Source: Eukaryota sp. TZLM1-RC (lineage: Eukaryota; Protista; Metamonada: BaSk clade). From it: a DNA stretch of 64,000 nt. Location of the stretch: NCBI GenBank assembly GCA_040285825.1, contig JAUPSS010000008.1:682001-746000 (forward strand), written 5' to 3'. Of the stretch, positions 22,401 to 33,773 are shown one piece after another. The position numbers and the translations under genes are program-made. Under the pieces are notes generated by a model. That model saw only the letters and a program-made list of their open reading frames with translations, did no database searches and was not told where the DNA came from. Each line of letters begins with the position of its first letter. The first letter of the stretch is position 1.

Positions 22401-23731
22401 ATATTAAGCTTGACTTTTCAAGACTCCCTGGAGGACTTTCTCAGTCTTCTCTGTTTATTAGAATAGACCAACTTGAATGTAACCCTCATTTTGGCTATTC
22501 TTTCCTTCTATTATTGAGTTATTATCGTCATTTTAACATTTTACCACGAATTTCACAACCCCTATCTCATACTGATACTCTTTCCCAATTCAACGTTGAA
22601 TCATTCAAATCGTGTTTGAAAGCTTTCCATTCGATTCTCCGACCCTCCCTTTCTTTTACCACAGGCGACTTGCTCTTTGGATATCAATTAGCGACACCTT
22701 GTCCTCCTTTTGGAAGACATTTTGAAAGTACTCACTTTTTGCATCCTGATCTGGGTCTTTATTCAAGAGAGGTTGTTGCGAAATTTTTAAATTTTCGGTA
22801 TGTTGATTCTGAGTGGAACTCAATTAGAATATTGGAGCTTTTGTTTTCTTTTCTCTGTACAAAAGTGTCCATCTTGCTTGAACAAAATAGTGTTCATGAC
22901 CAATCAAAACTGCAATCAGTATCTGATTGCTATAATGATGATTCAATAATCACTAATCTCTTCAAGAACCTACCATCTCATGTTTTAGAGAGTCATATGA
23001 ATTATCTTCAATCAGTTTCTATATACCCTGATCACAAAACCAACACAGTTTATGGCCTTGCACTCGCTCCTTTCTTTTCCAATGAACCAATGGCTGTTTT
23101 GTTTAAAGTTATTGAAGAAAAGGCATCATTGTCTAAACAAATTGATTTCAAATTATCAGAATCAGTATTTCCATCTGATTTAATGTTTTTTGTTCTTTAT
23201 TCTTCAGTTTCAAGTAATTTTGGTTTTAAATTAGGGTTCATTGAGAATCAACAGGAAAAAAGTGAAGGTTTATCTCAATTTCATTTAACACTTTATCCTC
23301 TCAATGACTACGATTCGACTCCCATTTTCAATAGTGACCTAACCTTTGACATGGACAATTTGTCTTTTGTTGAACAACACCCAATCCGTAATGTAATCAC
23401 CTTGGATTTAAACCAGGAACTTGAAAAGCGAGTCGAGAGTTCTCTTTTATTGAATCTCTATAAAGTTGGTTCAATGTCGATGAAACAAATGAAAAGTTAC
23501 TTTGAAGTTTTTCCACCACGAGTTTTGGCTTTTTGTTTGTTTGGTTTAGTGTCAAAAAAGAAAATTGTGATTTCTGAATTAGTTTCACAAGACTGTAGTT
23601 TATTTTCTGAACCAACTCCGATAGTAATTCAAAACAAAATATATGACGATTTTTCCGAGATTGAATTACTTTGTGACCATGACAACACTGATACTGGAAA
23701 CATATATGTAGAGCTAACAGAGACATTTTAA
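19481..23731 (+). CDS. GTF3C1: TFIIIC largest (B-block-binding) subunit-like protein
   Basis: ILVAIASGRGEGVLQSDL...KTVFYHVKGLVDEGLVEK B-block winged helix; later VDKATVHKLVKELEELGKV; first ATG at 19481. Confidence 0.75.
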   Translation: MSYCSYFSKLVDVVSFAGPLGLSISKLFDALSPITSDEFTFIWNSLLVSPQYSSGFWYKYAPFDGNSSLHSSQWPSVDKTTLPKTFDDLFSPHTNVFDNPDTQATIQIGVHDSVFLSLLGLDSSSSHISPQRFTILVAIASGRGEGVLQSDLPRLCDIEHQGSKEANKTVFYHVKGLVDEGLVEKSPVYVTFKTGSVSTNKLVLKKFREADGVIGNKNEKKRFNLNDTVNNIKSYFSNIDNVCQSRDDSDKQISFYYLNKLKCAMFELGISRGIFQEAMNFLINSEFIYKIEIVDDRGTKRTGLVINDPDQIDSAIINEGQNQDQQRPSSQILSLSSHPFSFLPSNPVCSPGGYHNVPLYRQLLSFSIVGNRVKSMTGISAVDATQLLVYYPKLIIALGKELADLNLVRRMNIQHGKVTQQFFGPSKLGRSMNHLLPQFNHLFQDQPQDPHDDLISTPPPSPQIPNAPEPTRTRKLNKGRSVQSYQRQVKCLEIVDHHLAISSLLLQRELSTWQQQELANGTKVDKATVHKLVKELEELGKVKVVHDERKKDNNVDVIVSSKVLTGPDFLVDSDLLELPEVLSAIHNHHEAIKLSRSLSLSHSAQVSKKTLATYSVRTDEKGEKEEKGEGFEQELEVLFKRVELFHSLLASSLCTENSNDLSYSARFINQILTFSDLCKLIKLPNAFPSQQQLIEKHGESVFGLTLVNIPASLNVFLKKTLTPKISKLNSLMIKLNLIYFCLENKKYRFNSDYRLVSLIEESFIDQVKNDQTFVDFFSNIELVYSSKDNIMNSISNFWASFEVFSLFICFKSFDCGGSEFLSLITNPINWPIQELLKIDNDLTHLNYKCSFNDLLNAANDCKITPNQLLRHLVAVQVRQRSKSRLVGVRKLKKYGQKKSIKSSRVLNDFGLDDTTSVATPSQVENFFNLYSDLDFFLMYFTIIYRYPATTKFPLGKVRMGLVKSGLMRVVEKFNIKLDFSRLPGGLSQSSLFIRIDQLECNPHFGYSFLLLLSYYRHFNILPRISQPLSHTDTLSQFNVESFKSCLKAFHSILRPSLSFTTGDLLFGYQLATPCPPFGRHFESTHFLHPDLGLYSREVVAKFLNFRYVDSEWNSIRILELLFSFLCTKVSILLEQNSVHDQSKLQSVSDCYNDDSIITNLFKNLPSHVLESHMNYLQSVSIYPDHKTNTVYGLALAPFFSNEPMAVLFKVIEEKASLSKQIDFKLSESVFPSDLMFFVLYSSVSSNFGFKLGFIENQQEKSEGLSQFHLTLYPLNDYDSTPIFNSDLTFDMDNLSFVEQHPIRNVITLDLNQELEKRVESSLLLNLYKVGSMSMKQMKSYFEVFPPRVLAFCLFGLVSKKKIVISELVSQDCSLFSEPTPIVIQNKIYDDFSEIELLCDHDNTDTGNIYVELTETF

Positions 23732-23834
23732 ATCGAATGATAAATAAAATAATAATATAATGTTTTTAATAATATTGTATTATCAAATTATTTAGTGTTA
23801 ATAAACACAATTAATTAAAAATTTAAAAAAATCA

Positions 23835-24767
23835 TTAATGAAAAAGCTTCTTGAGTGCAATACATTTTTCATTTTTCGCTACAAAATTCCAATCATACAG
23901 ATCAATATTCTTAATTTCTGATCCAGAAGTCGCGAGACTTCCTTGCACCCTTCCCCTCGATGCTTCCTTCTCAAGATTTCCCCTCTTTGGCTTACCCAAA
24001 TAACTGGCTGCTGCAGCATCAGCAGCTCTCAGCTTTTCTTCTTGTTTCCTTGCCTCCAACTCTTTTTCCCTCTTCTCTTGCAATGCCTTTTCTGCTTCTT
24101 TATCATCAGCGTCTCTAGCAGCCTTCACCTGTCTTTGGTGGAGATCCTCTTCTCGGCTCTCTTGATATCTAGCAGCCTCGTCCCTTAGAGCTTGCTCAGA
24201 CTCAGCAATGATTGAAAGCAAAGGCTCAACATGAGTGTTGTTGTTGTCCGTGGTAAAAATGGACTGTGACTCGTAGGGAAGCTTTGGCTTGAACACATCA
24301 GATCGTTGGCGATTTGCAAAAACTAATGTTTTGAGCAAGTACAAAACAATATCGTCAAGTGCTGCAACTAGGAAGGGAAGACAATCAGGGGAAGGCATGA
24401 AGTGACCACAAAAATGACGAAAGAGGTCAAAGAGAGGCTGAGAGTGGATGGGAGGCCGTGTTAACTGAGATGATTGAAGAGAAAAGACAGGTAAAGAAGG
24501 TTCCCACGTGAAAGCATCAGCAAAGGGGTGACGGCCAGTGGTTAGCTTGGTGACTGCTTTTTGAAGAGGAGCAAGAAACTGTGGTGAGGTAATTGTTTGG
24601 TATAATTCTGGAACAAGTGAAGTTAAGCTACCAATGAAAGAATTTTTGTCGATCTTGCCAAAGAAAAGGCGACTAAGAAGGTTAGCTACATTGTGAGCAA
24701 CATTCTCAGGAAGATTGGGGAATGTTTGGCGGAGTTTGACAAAAGAAAGTTGATGCAACGTTTCCAT
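23835..24767 (-). CDS. TAF4: TFIID subunit TAF4-like
   Basis: Histone-fold-like AALDDIVLYLLKTLVFANRQR, RAADAAAASYLGKPKR, and C-terminal NIDLYDWNFVAKNE matching the TAF4 conserved C-terminal domain. Confidence 0.75.
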   Translation of the reverse strand: METLHQLSFVKLRQTFPNLPENVAHNVANLLSRLFFGKIDKNSFIGSLTSLVPELYQTITSPQFLAPLQKAVTKLTTGRHPFADAFTWEPSLPVFSLQSSQLTRPPIHSQPLFDLFRHFCGHFMPSPDCLPFLVAALDDIVLYLLKTLVFANRQRSDVFKPKLPYESQSIFTTDNNNTHVEPLLSIIAESEQALRDEAARYQESREEDLHQRQVKAARDADDKEAEKALQEKREKELEARKQEEKLRAADAAAASYLGKPKRGNLEKEASRGRVQGSLATSGSEIKNIDLYDWNFVAKNEKCIALKKLFH

Positions 24768-25139
24768 TGTTAGAGAAGGTGTCTATAACAATGAAAGAAG
24801 AGTCGTTGACACCAATTGGAGGAATTATTGGAGGTTGGAAGATTTGATAAAAAAATTGATTTTGTTAGCTTCATTACTAATGAATCATTAGATTTGGTTC
24901 TTTCACCATTGTATCTCCATATACACCGTAAGGCAACATCTTGTACAATGATGTTGTAAAACTTGGATCAACTTCTCAGATTCAGTTTATGTCTCATTAA
25001 GCATTTTTTAATAGTTCAAAAATTTATTCCAACGAGAAACTAAACACCGAAATTAAAATTAATAATAAACTCAAAGTAAAGTATTATGGGATGCTACTCC
25101 GATTTTGAATTTTTCTCAAAAATGATATATAAACTTTTA

Positions 25140-27770
25140 TCAAAAAATTCAAATTTTAAAAAGAAAAGTTGGTAAGAAAACTTGCTTTAAAAGGACGTTT
25201 TGGTTCTGCAAAGCAATATTTATTTTCTTCCAAGTTAGCTGAATGCAATGAAAGTATGCTGTCACAATTGAATAGTCTTCATCCAGAAGAAAATTTTCAT
25301 TGTCCCAAATCAGATTCAGTTGATTATTGGTTGAAACATCCTGTGAATGTTCCAGAGGTCGTAACACTCATTCATCAAATGCCTGCTGGAAATGCTCCAG
25401 GAAATCCAGGGGGGGTCCTGAAATTGTTGATGATCTCGTCTATTTTTTCAACAGTCTTTTGACCTTGAAAATTAAAGTTCCTCGTGAGATGATAATGTTC
25501 GTTTAATTGCCCTCAAGAAAAATCCATCCAAAGTTTGTCCAATAGCAATGGAGAATCGTTCGCCAGAATTCTTGCTTCCCCTCTTTTCAATAGAATTGGG
25601 AAAAAAGCCAAAGAATTTTTCAGCCCGTTTCAACTTGAAAACAAGACAATTAATGGTGCTTCAGCTGCTGCCCTTTCGTCTGATGTATTTTTTAATTCTA
25701 GTAATTCTATTTACATCTTTAATTTAGATTTTAAAAATGCTTGTAATTCTGTATCACGTTCGTCCACTTTCCCTTTGTTGCAAAAACATTTTCCTGAGCC
25801 GAGTCTTCTTTCTATTCATTTTATGGAAAATCATCAACATTGTTCTATGAAAACTTTGACCAGTTTTCTTCTTCAGGTGTTAAACAGGGCGATCCACTTG
25901 GTCCTTTTTTCTTTTGTTTGGCAATTCATCCTTTGATGTGTGAATTACAAGAAAAATTGACAGAAAATGATATAGTAGCATATATGGATGACATTTCTGT
26001 CATTGCACTTATTTCAGTTTAAAAAAATGGCAAATAGATTTTGTTCAACTGATGCCGTAGGTTGCGAAAGTGGTTGAGATAAAGAAAAAAGCGAATGAGG
26101 AAAAGTTGATTTATTTTTCAATCATAACATATAAGCCTTAGGGCGCCAACACTGCTTCTTCCCTTTTTCAAAATAAATCAGCTAATATGAATATGAAACA
26201 AAACTATAACAAATAACTAAATAACTATAAATACTAAGAACTAAATACTGAATTCTACTGTTTTCTATTGTCTACAATTATCTTTGTAGTGATTGGGATT
26301 CACACAAACAGTGGGTTGTACATTTTTAAGATCGACAATTGATGTACTATGACTCTCCCAGGACAATGTTAGTATAAGGTAGTAAGCAATAACTGAAAAG
26401 GGCCTCGTTCCAAGATCTGTGTGTTTGAATACTTTTTTGTGTATGTTATAATCGCTACATAAAGATGCTCTGCTCCTTCCCTTTTTCGTAAACGAGAAAC
26501 GTGGTAGTGTCGTTAAGTAAAGGTATCATGGAATCGAAGAATGGATTCGCTGATAATTATGCAGTATCTATGTTGGATCAAAAACAGCAGTAAGCACAGT
26601 AACAAACCTCAGAAACCCGAAGGCGGCGTCTTTTGTTGTTGAAGTACTGGCTTTACGACTAAAAATATCAGAGGAGCAAGGACCGTATCTTTGCATTGTA
26701 GTACAATAACAGTGGAGGTGGAGTTTCTACTCGTAACTTCGTATTTGGTCGATTTTTCTCGTGTTTGGCTCCATAATAAAGGAAGCTGCTCGAATGGATA
26801 AGAGTCCACTGATTCGAAGTAAGGCTCCGCGTCCTTGTTAGAAGTTTGTAGAATCCATCACTGGAGTCATCTTCCTGTCTTTGGAATTTGCTTCAATAAA
26901 GGAGGGAACTGCTCAAACAAACAGTAATCTGTAGGTTCGAGGTGAGTCTCCGCATCCTTCATGATTTGTTGGCGAAGTTCTTTCTCATCGTCATTCAGTT
27001 CGTCTCAAACGGACTAAAGTTCTTCATATCCTTAAAGGACTGTCGAGGTTTCAGAACTTGAACCAACATTTGCGTTCTTTGGTAAGAAGGGGGGTGGTCC
27101 CATTCCTGAACCCTTTTATGGCATTAAGTTGGACTTGGAAGAGGCGGGAGGAAGTTTTGTGCCTGTTTCCATCGGTTTTCCTTGAGGAGGGGCGGAGGAT
27201 GGTCTCGAGCCCGAGTACTCGATTTTACTAGTCTCTACTACTTCTCCTATTACTACTGTTTGTATGCTAATTGCATCCCTGTTATGTTCCTGCATGTTAG
27301 TTTTAACGGTGTCAGTGTTTTGGCTGAAAAGGACTGACATGATATCTGCTAGAGATATCCTCTGTAGAAAAGCTGTGTGTTATCAAAGTGGTATACCTAT
27401 AACCTAAATGGCCAATAATTATTGATGCCGTAGGTTGCGAAAGTGGTTGAGATAAAGAAAAAGGCGAATGAGGAAAAGTTGATTTATTTTCCAATCATAA
27501 CATATAAGCCTTAGGGCGCCAACACAACAGCATTATGAAGAAATTGGTTTTTCATTGAATATCGCCAAAAGTCTGATTATTGGCCATGATCATATTGATA
27601 TTTTTATTAATGACGTCAACATCCCCTTTATCAATTACAATCAGTTTGGTTTTCGTTTTTTGGTTGTAATCGCGAAAATGTTGATGATGACAAAAGCCAA
27701 CTTTCGAATTTGTTGACTCAATTTGGAAAAGAATTAGAATCAATTGAGAATTTAAATATCGAAAAGGATT
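25140..27770 (+). mobile_element. Decayed non-LTR RT region interrupted by a small LTR element
   Basis: LDFKNACNSV, GVKQGDPLGP, AYMDD; the RT-like sequence resumes after 27528 (HYEEIGFSLN). Confidence 0.8.
26050..27524 (-). mobile_element. Small non-autonomous LTR element (TRIM/LARD-like) with no gag/pol motifs
   Basis: 102-bp LTRs at 26050-26151 and 27423-27524 (2 mismatches); 4-bp TSD CAAC; PPT on the minus strand AAAAAGGGAAGAAGCAG next to 26151. Confidence 0.92.
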
Positions 27771-27774
27771 TGAA

Positions 27775-28170
27775 ATTCTTTATAGAATTGAATCTTTACT
27801 GGAACCACTGTTGTCAAATCTGTTTGATGCAAAAGATGATTTTCATAAAAATAATAGAGGTGATGTCATATTACCTGGATTAGATGAAACCTTCATTGTA
27901 TTGGATGTAATGTCTGATGATCCTTCTAATGCCTTAAATGAAAGGCTTGCTAATTCTGAAATTCATAAGTTTCTTTCAAATGCTGAAAATTTCAAAATCA
28001 AAAAATACAAACTGATGAAGTAATGAACCTTTGTCCAAATTGTCCAGCCAACAGCATGCAAAATAAAATTTTATCAATTTGTATTTTCTATATTTGGTTC
28101 ATTTGCTCCCACGGTTAAACGTTATTCGACAGATTTTGAAATGATTGTAAAAAGAAAAACTAACAGAATC
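27775..28170 (+). mobile_element. Subfamily A non-LTR REL fragment
   Basis: DDFHKNNRGDVILPGLD...NAENFKIKKY. Confidence 0.85.
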
Positions 28171-28171
28171 A

Positions 28172-31100
28172 TGATGAAAGTAATGTTTGTTCAAAAACGA
28201 AGACACGCTCTTACAGATGCTCAAAGTGTCGACAACAAAGACATAATGTTCGAACATGTCCCAATGTTTGAAAAAATGATGTGACAAATTCTGAAACAAA
28301 ATGCAAAAGAAAATTTGATAGAAGAACAGAATCTAAGGAAAAACCAATAAATGATTCTCCACAAGTTGTTGCAAAACCAGTCAACAATCGAATCAAGCAC
28401 AAAGTTTGCAACAATTGTGGTGTTTCTCTTAGGAAAAATGCAAAAGGTAAAACGGCTGATCGATGCATGAAATGCCCAATAGTCTATAATTACCATCCTT
28501 GCATAAAATATTTCAAGAAATTCATCCGTCAAAATGCAATGAATTTGCTTTTGTTTTTAAAAGATTTTTTTATCAATTATGCAAGGGAAAGTATGCTGTC
28601 AGTATTCTTTGGGAATTTTTTGGTTCTTTTTGTGCTCATTTTGAACAAAATATCGTAAATAATTCTGAAGATTTAATTAATATAGCACCGAGAAAACAGT
28701 CATCTGAGAAATTGGGTAAAATTTTTGAAGACAAATGCTTTGATAACAAATGGTCCAAGGCTTTGTCTGCTTTAAGTCCCGGACTTAAAGCTCCTAACAA
28801 TCAAGATACTATAGATAAACTGAAAATACTTCATCCATTTAAAGACCCAATAATGGATCAAAATTTTTACGGAAATTATTGGGAAAATTATCCATTAATG
28901 GCATCAGAGGTATTTTCAGTGATAAAAAAGAGACCACGCGGTAAGTCTGCCGGGCTTTTTGGTATTTCTATTGATCATATAAAAGCCGCAATAATTTCAT
29001 CAGAGGATTGTCTTGGTTTATAAATCAAATTTTTCAACAGAATATTGACTGGTCAACTCAAATATCCAGAAGAATTAGGAAGTTCTCGTTTGACTGCACT
29101 TGTCAAAAATTCAAAAATGAATGTTCGTCCTATTGCGGTTTCTGAGAGTATACATAATATTTTTTTCTGCTTGCTGCTTAAGCAGGTTCAATCAAAAAGC
29201 AAAAACGATTTTATTGTCCTTTCAATATGGAATGAATACCACTGATGGAGTTTCTTCAGCGATATTTGCTAAAGATGTATTATTTCGCCAAAATGAATCC
29301 AATGTTTGTATGTCATTGGATTTTAATAGTGCATTCAATTCACTCAGTCGTTGCAGTATTCATAATGCTTTGTTGCAATATATGCCGGAATTAATGCCGT
29401 ATTTTTAATCAAGATATAGCACAAATTCTAATTTGCATTTTGGTAATTCTATTTTGAGTTCATCAAATGGTGTAAAGCAAGGAGATCCGTTAGGACCTCT
29501 TTTGTTTTGTTTGGCCATTCATCCTATTTTATAACAAATTCAAGAGATGTAGCCTTCGCTAAAAATGATTGCATATATGGATGATGTTGTTCTTATAGGT
29601 GATTTAAATATTGTGAAAGAAGCAATTGTATGTTTTGAAAAATTATTTACCCCAATTGACATCCGACTTAATTTACTTAAATTTGTTTTGTTATCGAAAT
29701 CTACAGTTTCTACAAAAGTTGATGGCATTGAAATTTAAGCCAAATTATACTCAATTGATGCTATTCGTCATCTGGGTTCGTTTTTAGGAAATAATGATGA
29801 AATTACCAAAAAATAGTTTGAAAAGTTGAACTCAATTTTTGATAAAATTAACAGAATGATGACTTGAGATATACAGACACATATCAAATTTACCATTCTA
29901 AGACTGTGTTTCAGTTCCAACTTCAATCATATATTTTGATCTACAAATCCTCTTATCACTAGGCCTTTGGCTCAGAAGTTTAATGAGTTACGTGCAAAAG
30001 TTTTGTCACAATTACTGGGATGTAAAATGTTCCAAATTCCAGATTATGCCTATCTTAGTCCACATTATGGCGGTTTAGATTGGACGAAGGCTTTTATTCT
30101 TACTTCGTGTGCTTTTATTGGTGGATGCAGAAATGCAATATTTGAGTTTTCTGAAAGATTTGCAGATTGGGAAGATTTATTAATGACAAAGCAAAGTTCG
30201 ACTATTTTTGCATTAAATAAAGAAATTTCAAAAATTAATGTAGAAAAATGGAGTCGATGCTTCTTCCAATCATTCAATGGTAATATTCCTGAAAAGAATT
30301 TTTTAAATTTAAAATACACTCTTCGAACATTACAGAAACAATTGACTGGAATGTATGAAAATGATTTTTATAATAATATAAGCAGCTCAGATGTTTTAAA
30401 TCAAGATCTTCACTCATTGTTATTGGAAAAGGGTGTTTGTGAAAATAAGTCATCAGATTCTTCACTTTTTGTAACCATTGTACCACGAAGATTTGGATTG
30501 TGTGCCACTAATGAAGCATTTGAAACAAAAATGGAATTATATTTGAACATCCCCATTAACCAATTATTATCAAAAGAAAAATGTATTTGTTCGAATTCAC
30601 CTCAACTCACTTTGCGCCATGCTCTAAATTGCTCTAAATTGATAACTTATCGTTCTTCATTACATGATGCTGTGAGAGACATTGTTTTCAATATGGCACA
30701 AACTGCAGGAAAATCGTATGTCAAAGAGCATCTGCTGAAGGAAACACTTTCTCTGAATAATTTTGGTTCTGATGACAGAAGTGATGTATACTGTAATTGG
30801 ATTGATAATTCTGAAGCTATTGTTGAGTTTGTCTCATGTAATGTTGCAAATGATACATTGGTTCACAGAAGAAAACTTAATCCTGTAAGTGCCCTTGATT
30901 TTAAAGCAAAGGAAAAACATAGAAAATATGATAAAGATATTGAAGAGGCTAATGCTGATAGAAATACACAGCTGGTATTTATTGCTTTCCTATATTCGAT
31001 AAACGGAAGATTATCAGTTGAAGCAGAAACTTTTTTGAATGATTTCTAAAAGATGGTTCAAGAAAAAACAATGAAAAGATTTGATATTTTTTTATGGCGT

Positions 31101-31275
31101 TCTCGAATTCAAATTGCCATTATTAATGGATCACCTTGGTTTTTCAATCGAATAAGAGGAGCTTTAGCTAGACAGCAAGCAGATAGATTTTGTAGAGAAA
31201 ATCTTGGTTCAATGATATTCGTCCCATTAGTTATGAATTAATTTAATTAAGTGTGCATGTTCAATAAATATTTAT
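28172..31275 (+). mobile_element. Near full-length decayed non-LTR retrotransposon, subfamily C (zinc knuckle - RT - CCHC - REL endonuclease; CRE/R2-like)
   Basis: CSKCRQQRHNVRTC (~28218), VRPIAVSE, LDFNSAFNSL, GVKQGDPLGP, AYMDD, CIC..H.LNC, LHDAVRD, RSD/RGD..; AATAAA/T-rich end; many stops. Confidence 0.9.
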
Positions 31276-31289
31276 TTTTTATATAAATT

Positions 31290-32185
31290 TATTTAAAGAA
31301 AATTGAAAATCTTTTTTCTAAAATTTGTTATTCTGGAATATTCACTCATGTTTTGAAATCAACATTACCTTTGTCGTATTTTCAATGAACAAAGGACCAG
31401 TTTTTTAGCAAAATTAATAGAATGAGACATCTCAATTACGAAGTCACATTTTGTGTGGTACAGATCTTGGTGGTGTTGATTTTCATAAATCAAGCTGCCT
31501 TCGTAAAGCTGTGGTTACGCTTTCCCGTGTTTTGAACTGCAAATATTTTATCACCTATCGCTCAATTGTTCATGATTCAGTTCGTGATCAATTATATGCT
31601 ATGTGTAAAAGTTTCATTATAGAGGCTTATCTTGAACCGTTAGTACGTAAGCTATCTCCGAATCAAGCTGACGAGTCCTTTGGTAAAATAAGAGTAGCTC
31701 CAGGGATCGATGGTGTTCTCAACGTTGTGGATGTTGTCTCAGTAGATGTGTGCAAAAATTCTGCTGCTCATTCAATGTATTCTGCTGATTCACCACTATC
31801 TAAAGCCGAAAAAATAAATAAAAAAATATAAAGAAGCTTTGGCACAATTTGGTAGAGTCGAACATGTGAAGCTTCAGTTTGTGATGTTTGGAATTTCTCT
31901 TTTTGGCAATATTGGACCTTCAGGATTACACTCTTTTCTGAATATTATTTCAATTATATTATATTTCAAGACAGTTTTACAAAATAGATCTCGTAAAAAA
32001 ATGAATTCCACATTCTGGTTAAATAGAATTGTTTTTTGCATTTTCAAGTCTATGCCAACAATGATTTCTAAAGCTCTCTTAGCTAATAACGTAGAATATG
32101 AACAAGATGTTGTGAGTAGATTTTGTAATAGTCATACTTGTTTGGATGATATTGAATTTTAGACAGAAGTTTAGTTCAATAAAAA
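31290..32185 (+). mobile_element. Non-LTR fragments, subfamily D (C-terminus CLDDIEF)
   Basis: HDSVRDQLYAMCKS..VVDVVSVD..FWLNRIVF. Confidence 0.8.
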
Positions 32186-32189
32186 TATA

Positions 32190-32700
32190 GTTCAAAAAAT
32201 GAAACATCGAAAAACCATTGTACAAGAAAAGGTAATAATCATCTAAAAGAAGACCATAAATTTGAGGAATTTGAGAATTTAAACAAGAAGAAGAACTATT
32301 TTGGGCATCTAACAAAAAAGGCAAAAGTCGGAGCCAAAACGAACATTAAAATCCTAACCTCCAAAAATTATTGTTAATTGAACAACCAAGGAAACGAAAA
32401 GCATCTGAGGAATTGTTTACTAAAGCAATTTCAACATTATCAATGGTTAAACTATCTTTTACATTTCCTATGAGGGTACCTTTGTCAGGGCTAAGCATAA
32501 GACCAATATTTCGGTAAAGAACCGAAGCTTCAAGAGCAATTTCATTCAAAACATTCAAAGAACCAATAATTGAAATACCATCCATATATCCTACTATTTT
32601 CAACATAGAATAACGTTTATTGAAATGAATCAAAGACTTGTGAATTGCTAAACAGAAAAGTAATGACTCAAAAGGTTCACCTTGCTTAACTCCAGAAGAT
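32190..32700 (-). mobile_element. Non-LTR RT fragments (minus strand)
   Basis: GVKQGEPF.., GYMDG (YxDD variant), SQIPQIYGLLL. Confidence 0.7.
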
Positions 32701-33284
32701 CAGAATACAGTATAATACTCACTCATTAAGCTAGAGAGTTGTTTTAACATATTTTCAATGTTGTCTTCATTGGAATAAAACTATTCCTACACTTTAAAAA
32801 CTGAATAACTTTTGCATGTTGTTTTTCTTAAGGAAATTTAGATCGGACAGTGCTGTTTAAATCGAAAATATTTTCTCACATTCATGAAATGTTTTCTTAG
32901 ATGTTTTGATTTACTTCAATAAAGTAAAGTGAAAGTAGAAAAATGCTTGCGATATGTGGGTCTGTTCATTACATTGAGATTCGATTCGATTTGTTTTGTA
33001 TCATAAGTGGGTGGAAGAAAGTGTAAAAGAAAGGAGACACTGGTGAATTTTGTACATTCTTTCTGAAGGTTTTGACACTGATGTTATCGTTTTGTACTCA
33101 AGCTTGCTGAGATAAAGAAATGGTGAAACTACTGATTGTACATTGCTTTTAAGTCTACTAAGAATTATATTAGATCAAAGATATTCATTTTCAGGATCTG
33201 AAAAAAGAGTAATGGATTGGATGAAGGTTGAATCAAAAAGCCAATTGATTTATTTCAAACTACATCCACAACTACTACTAGTTG

Positions 33285-33434
33285 ATGTCTACAACAGCTA
33301 GCGCCTACACATGTGGTGATTGTGCCCGCGAGGTAACTCTCCAGCCCAGGGATGTTGTTCGCTGCCATCACTGCGGAGGTCGCATTTTCTACAAGAAAAG
33401 AACATCCGCACCTGTTCAGTTTGCTGCACGTTAG
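33285..33434 (+). CDS. POLR2K: RNA polymerases I/II/III subunit RPABC4 (RPB12), 49 aa, missed by the ORF track
   Basis: Hand translation: MSTTASAYTCGDCAREVTLQPRDVVRCHHCGGRIFYKKRTSAPVQFAAR. Confidence 0.95.
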   Translation: MSTTASAYTCGDCAREVTLQPRDVVRCHHCGGRIFYKKRTSAPVQFAAR

Positions 33435-33773
33435 TTCCTATCACTTCAACATTAGTTTTTTCAACATTCTTCATGTTGTGTTCATTGTACAATTTAATAT
33501 AAACTCACCATCTTTCCATTGTTTTCATTAACACTATATCCACCGTTGATTGTATTCATTTGGAAAGTACTTGTCGAACGTATATCCAAAATCTAACCTA
33601 CAATGACTTTTCCTCTATTTGCATTTTGATTACGAAAGATGAAGCAGAACAGTAGCTTTGGTTCCATTTTTGTTAAATGTGAGCAAATATACCGTTAGGT
33701 CGTTTGTTACTGCAGCAACAATGCAGGTTGTTCAAAATGCTCCAACAAAATCCCTCAATCTTCTGTTTTACTT

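Noticed and set aside
33298-33502. Two short ORFs, or a spliced minus-strand gene
   Set aside because: Explained as shadows of RPB12 in another plus-strand frame
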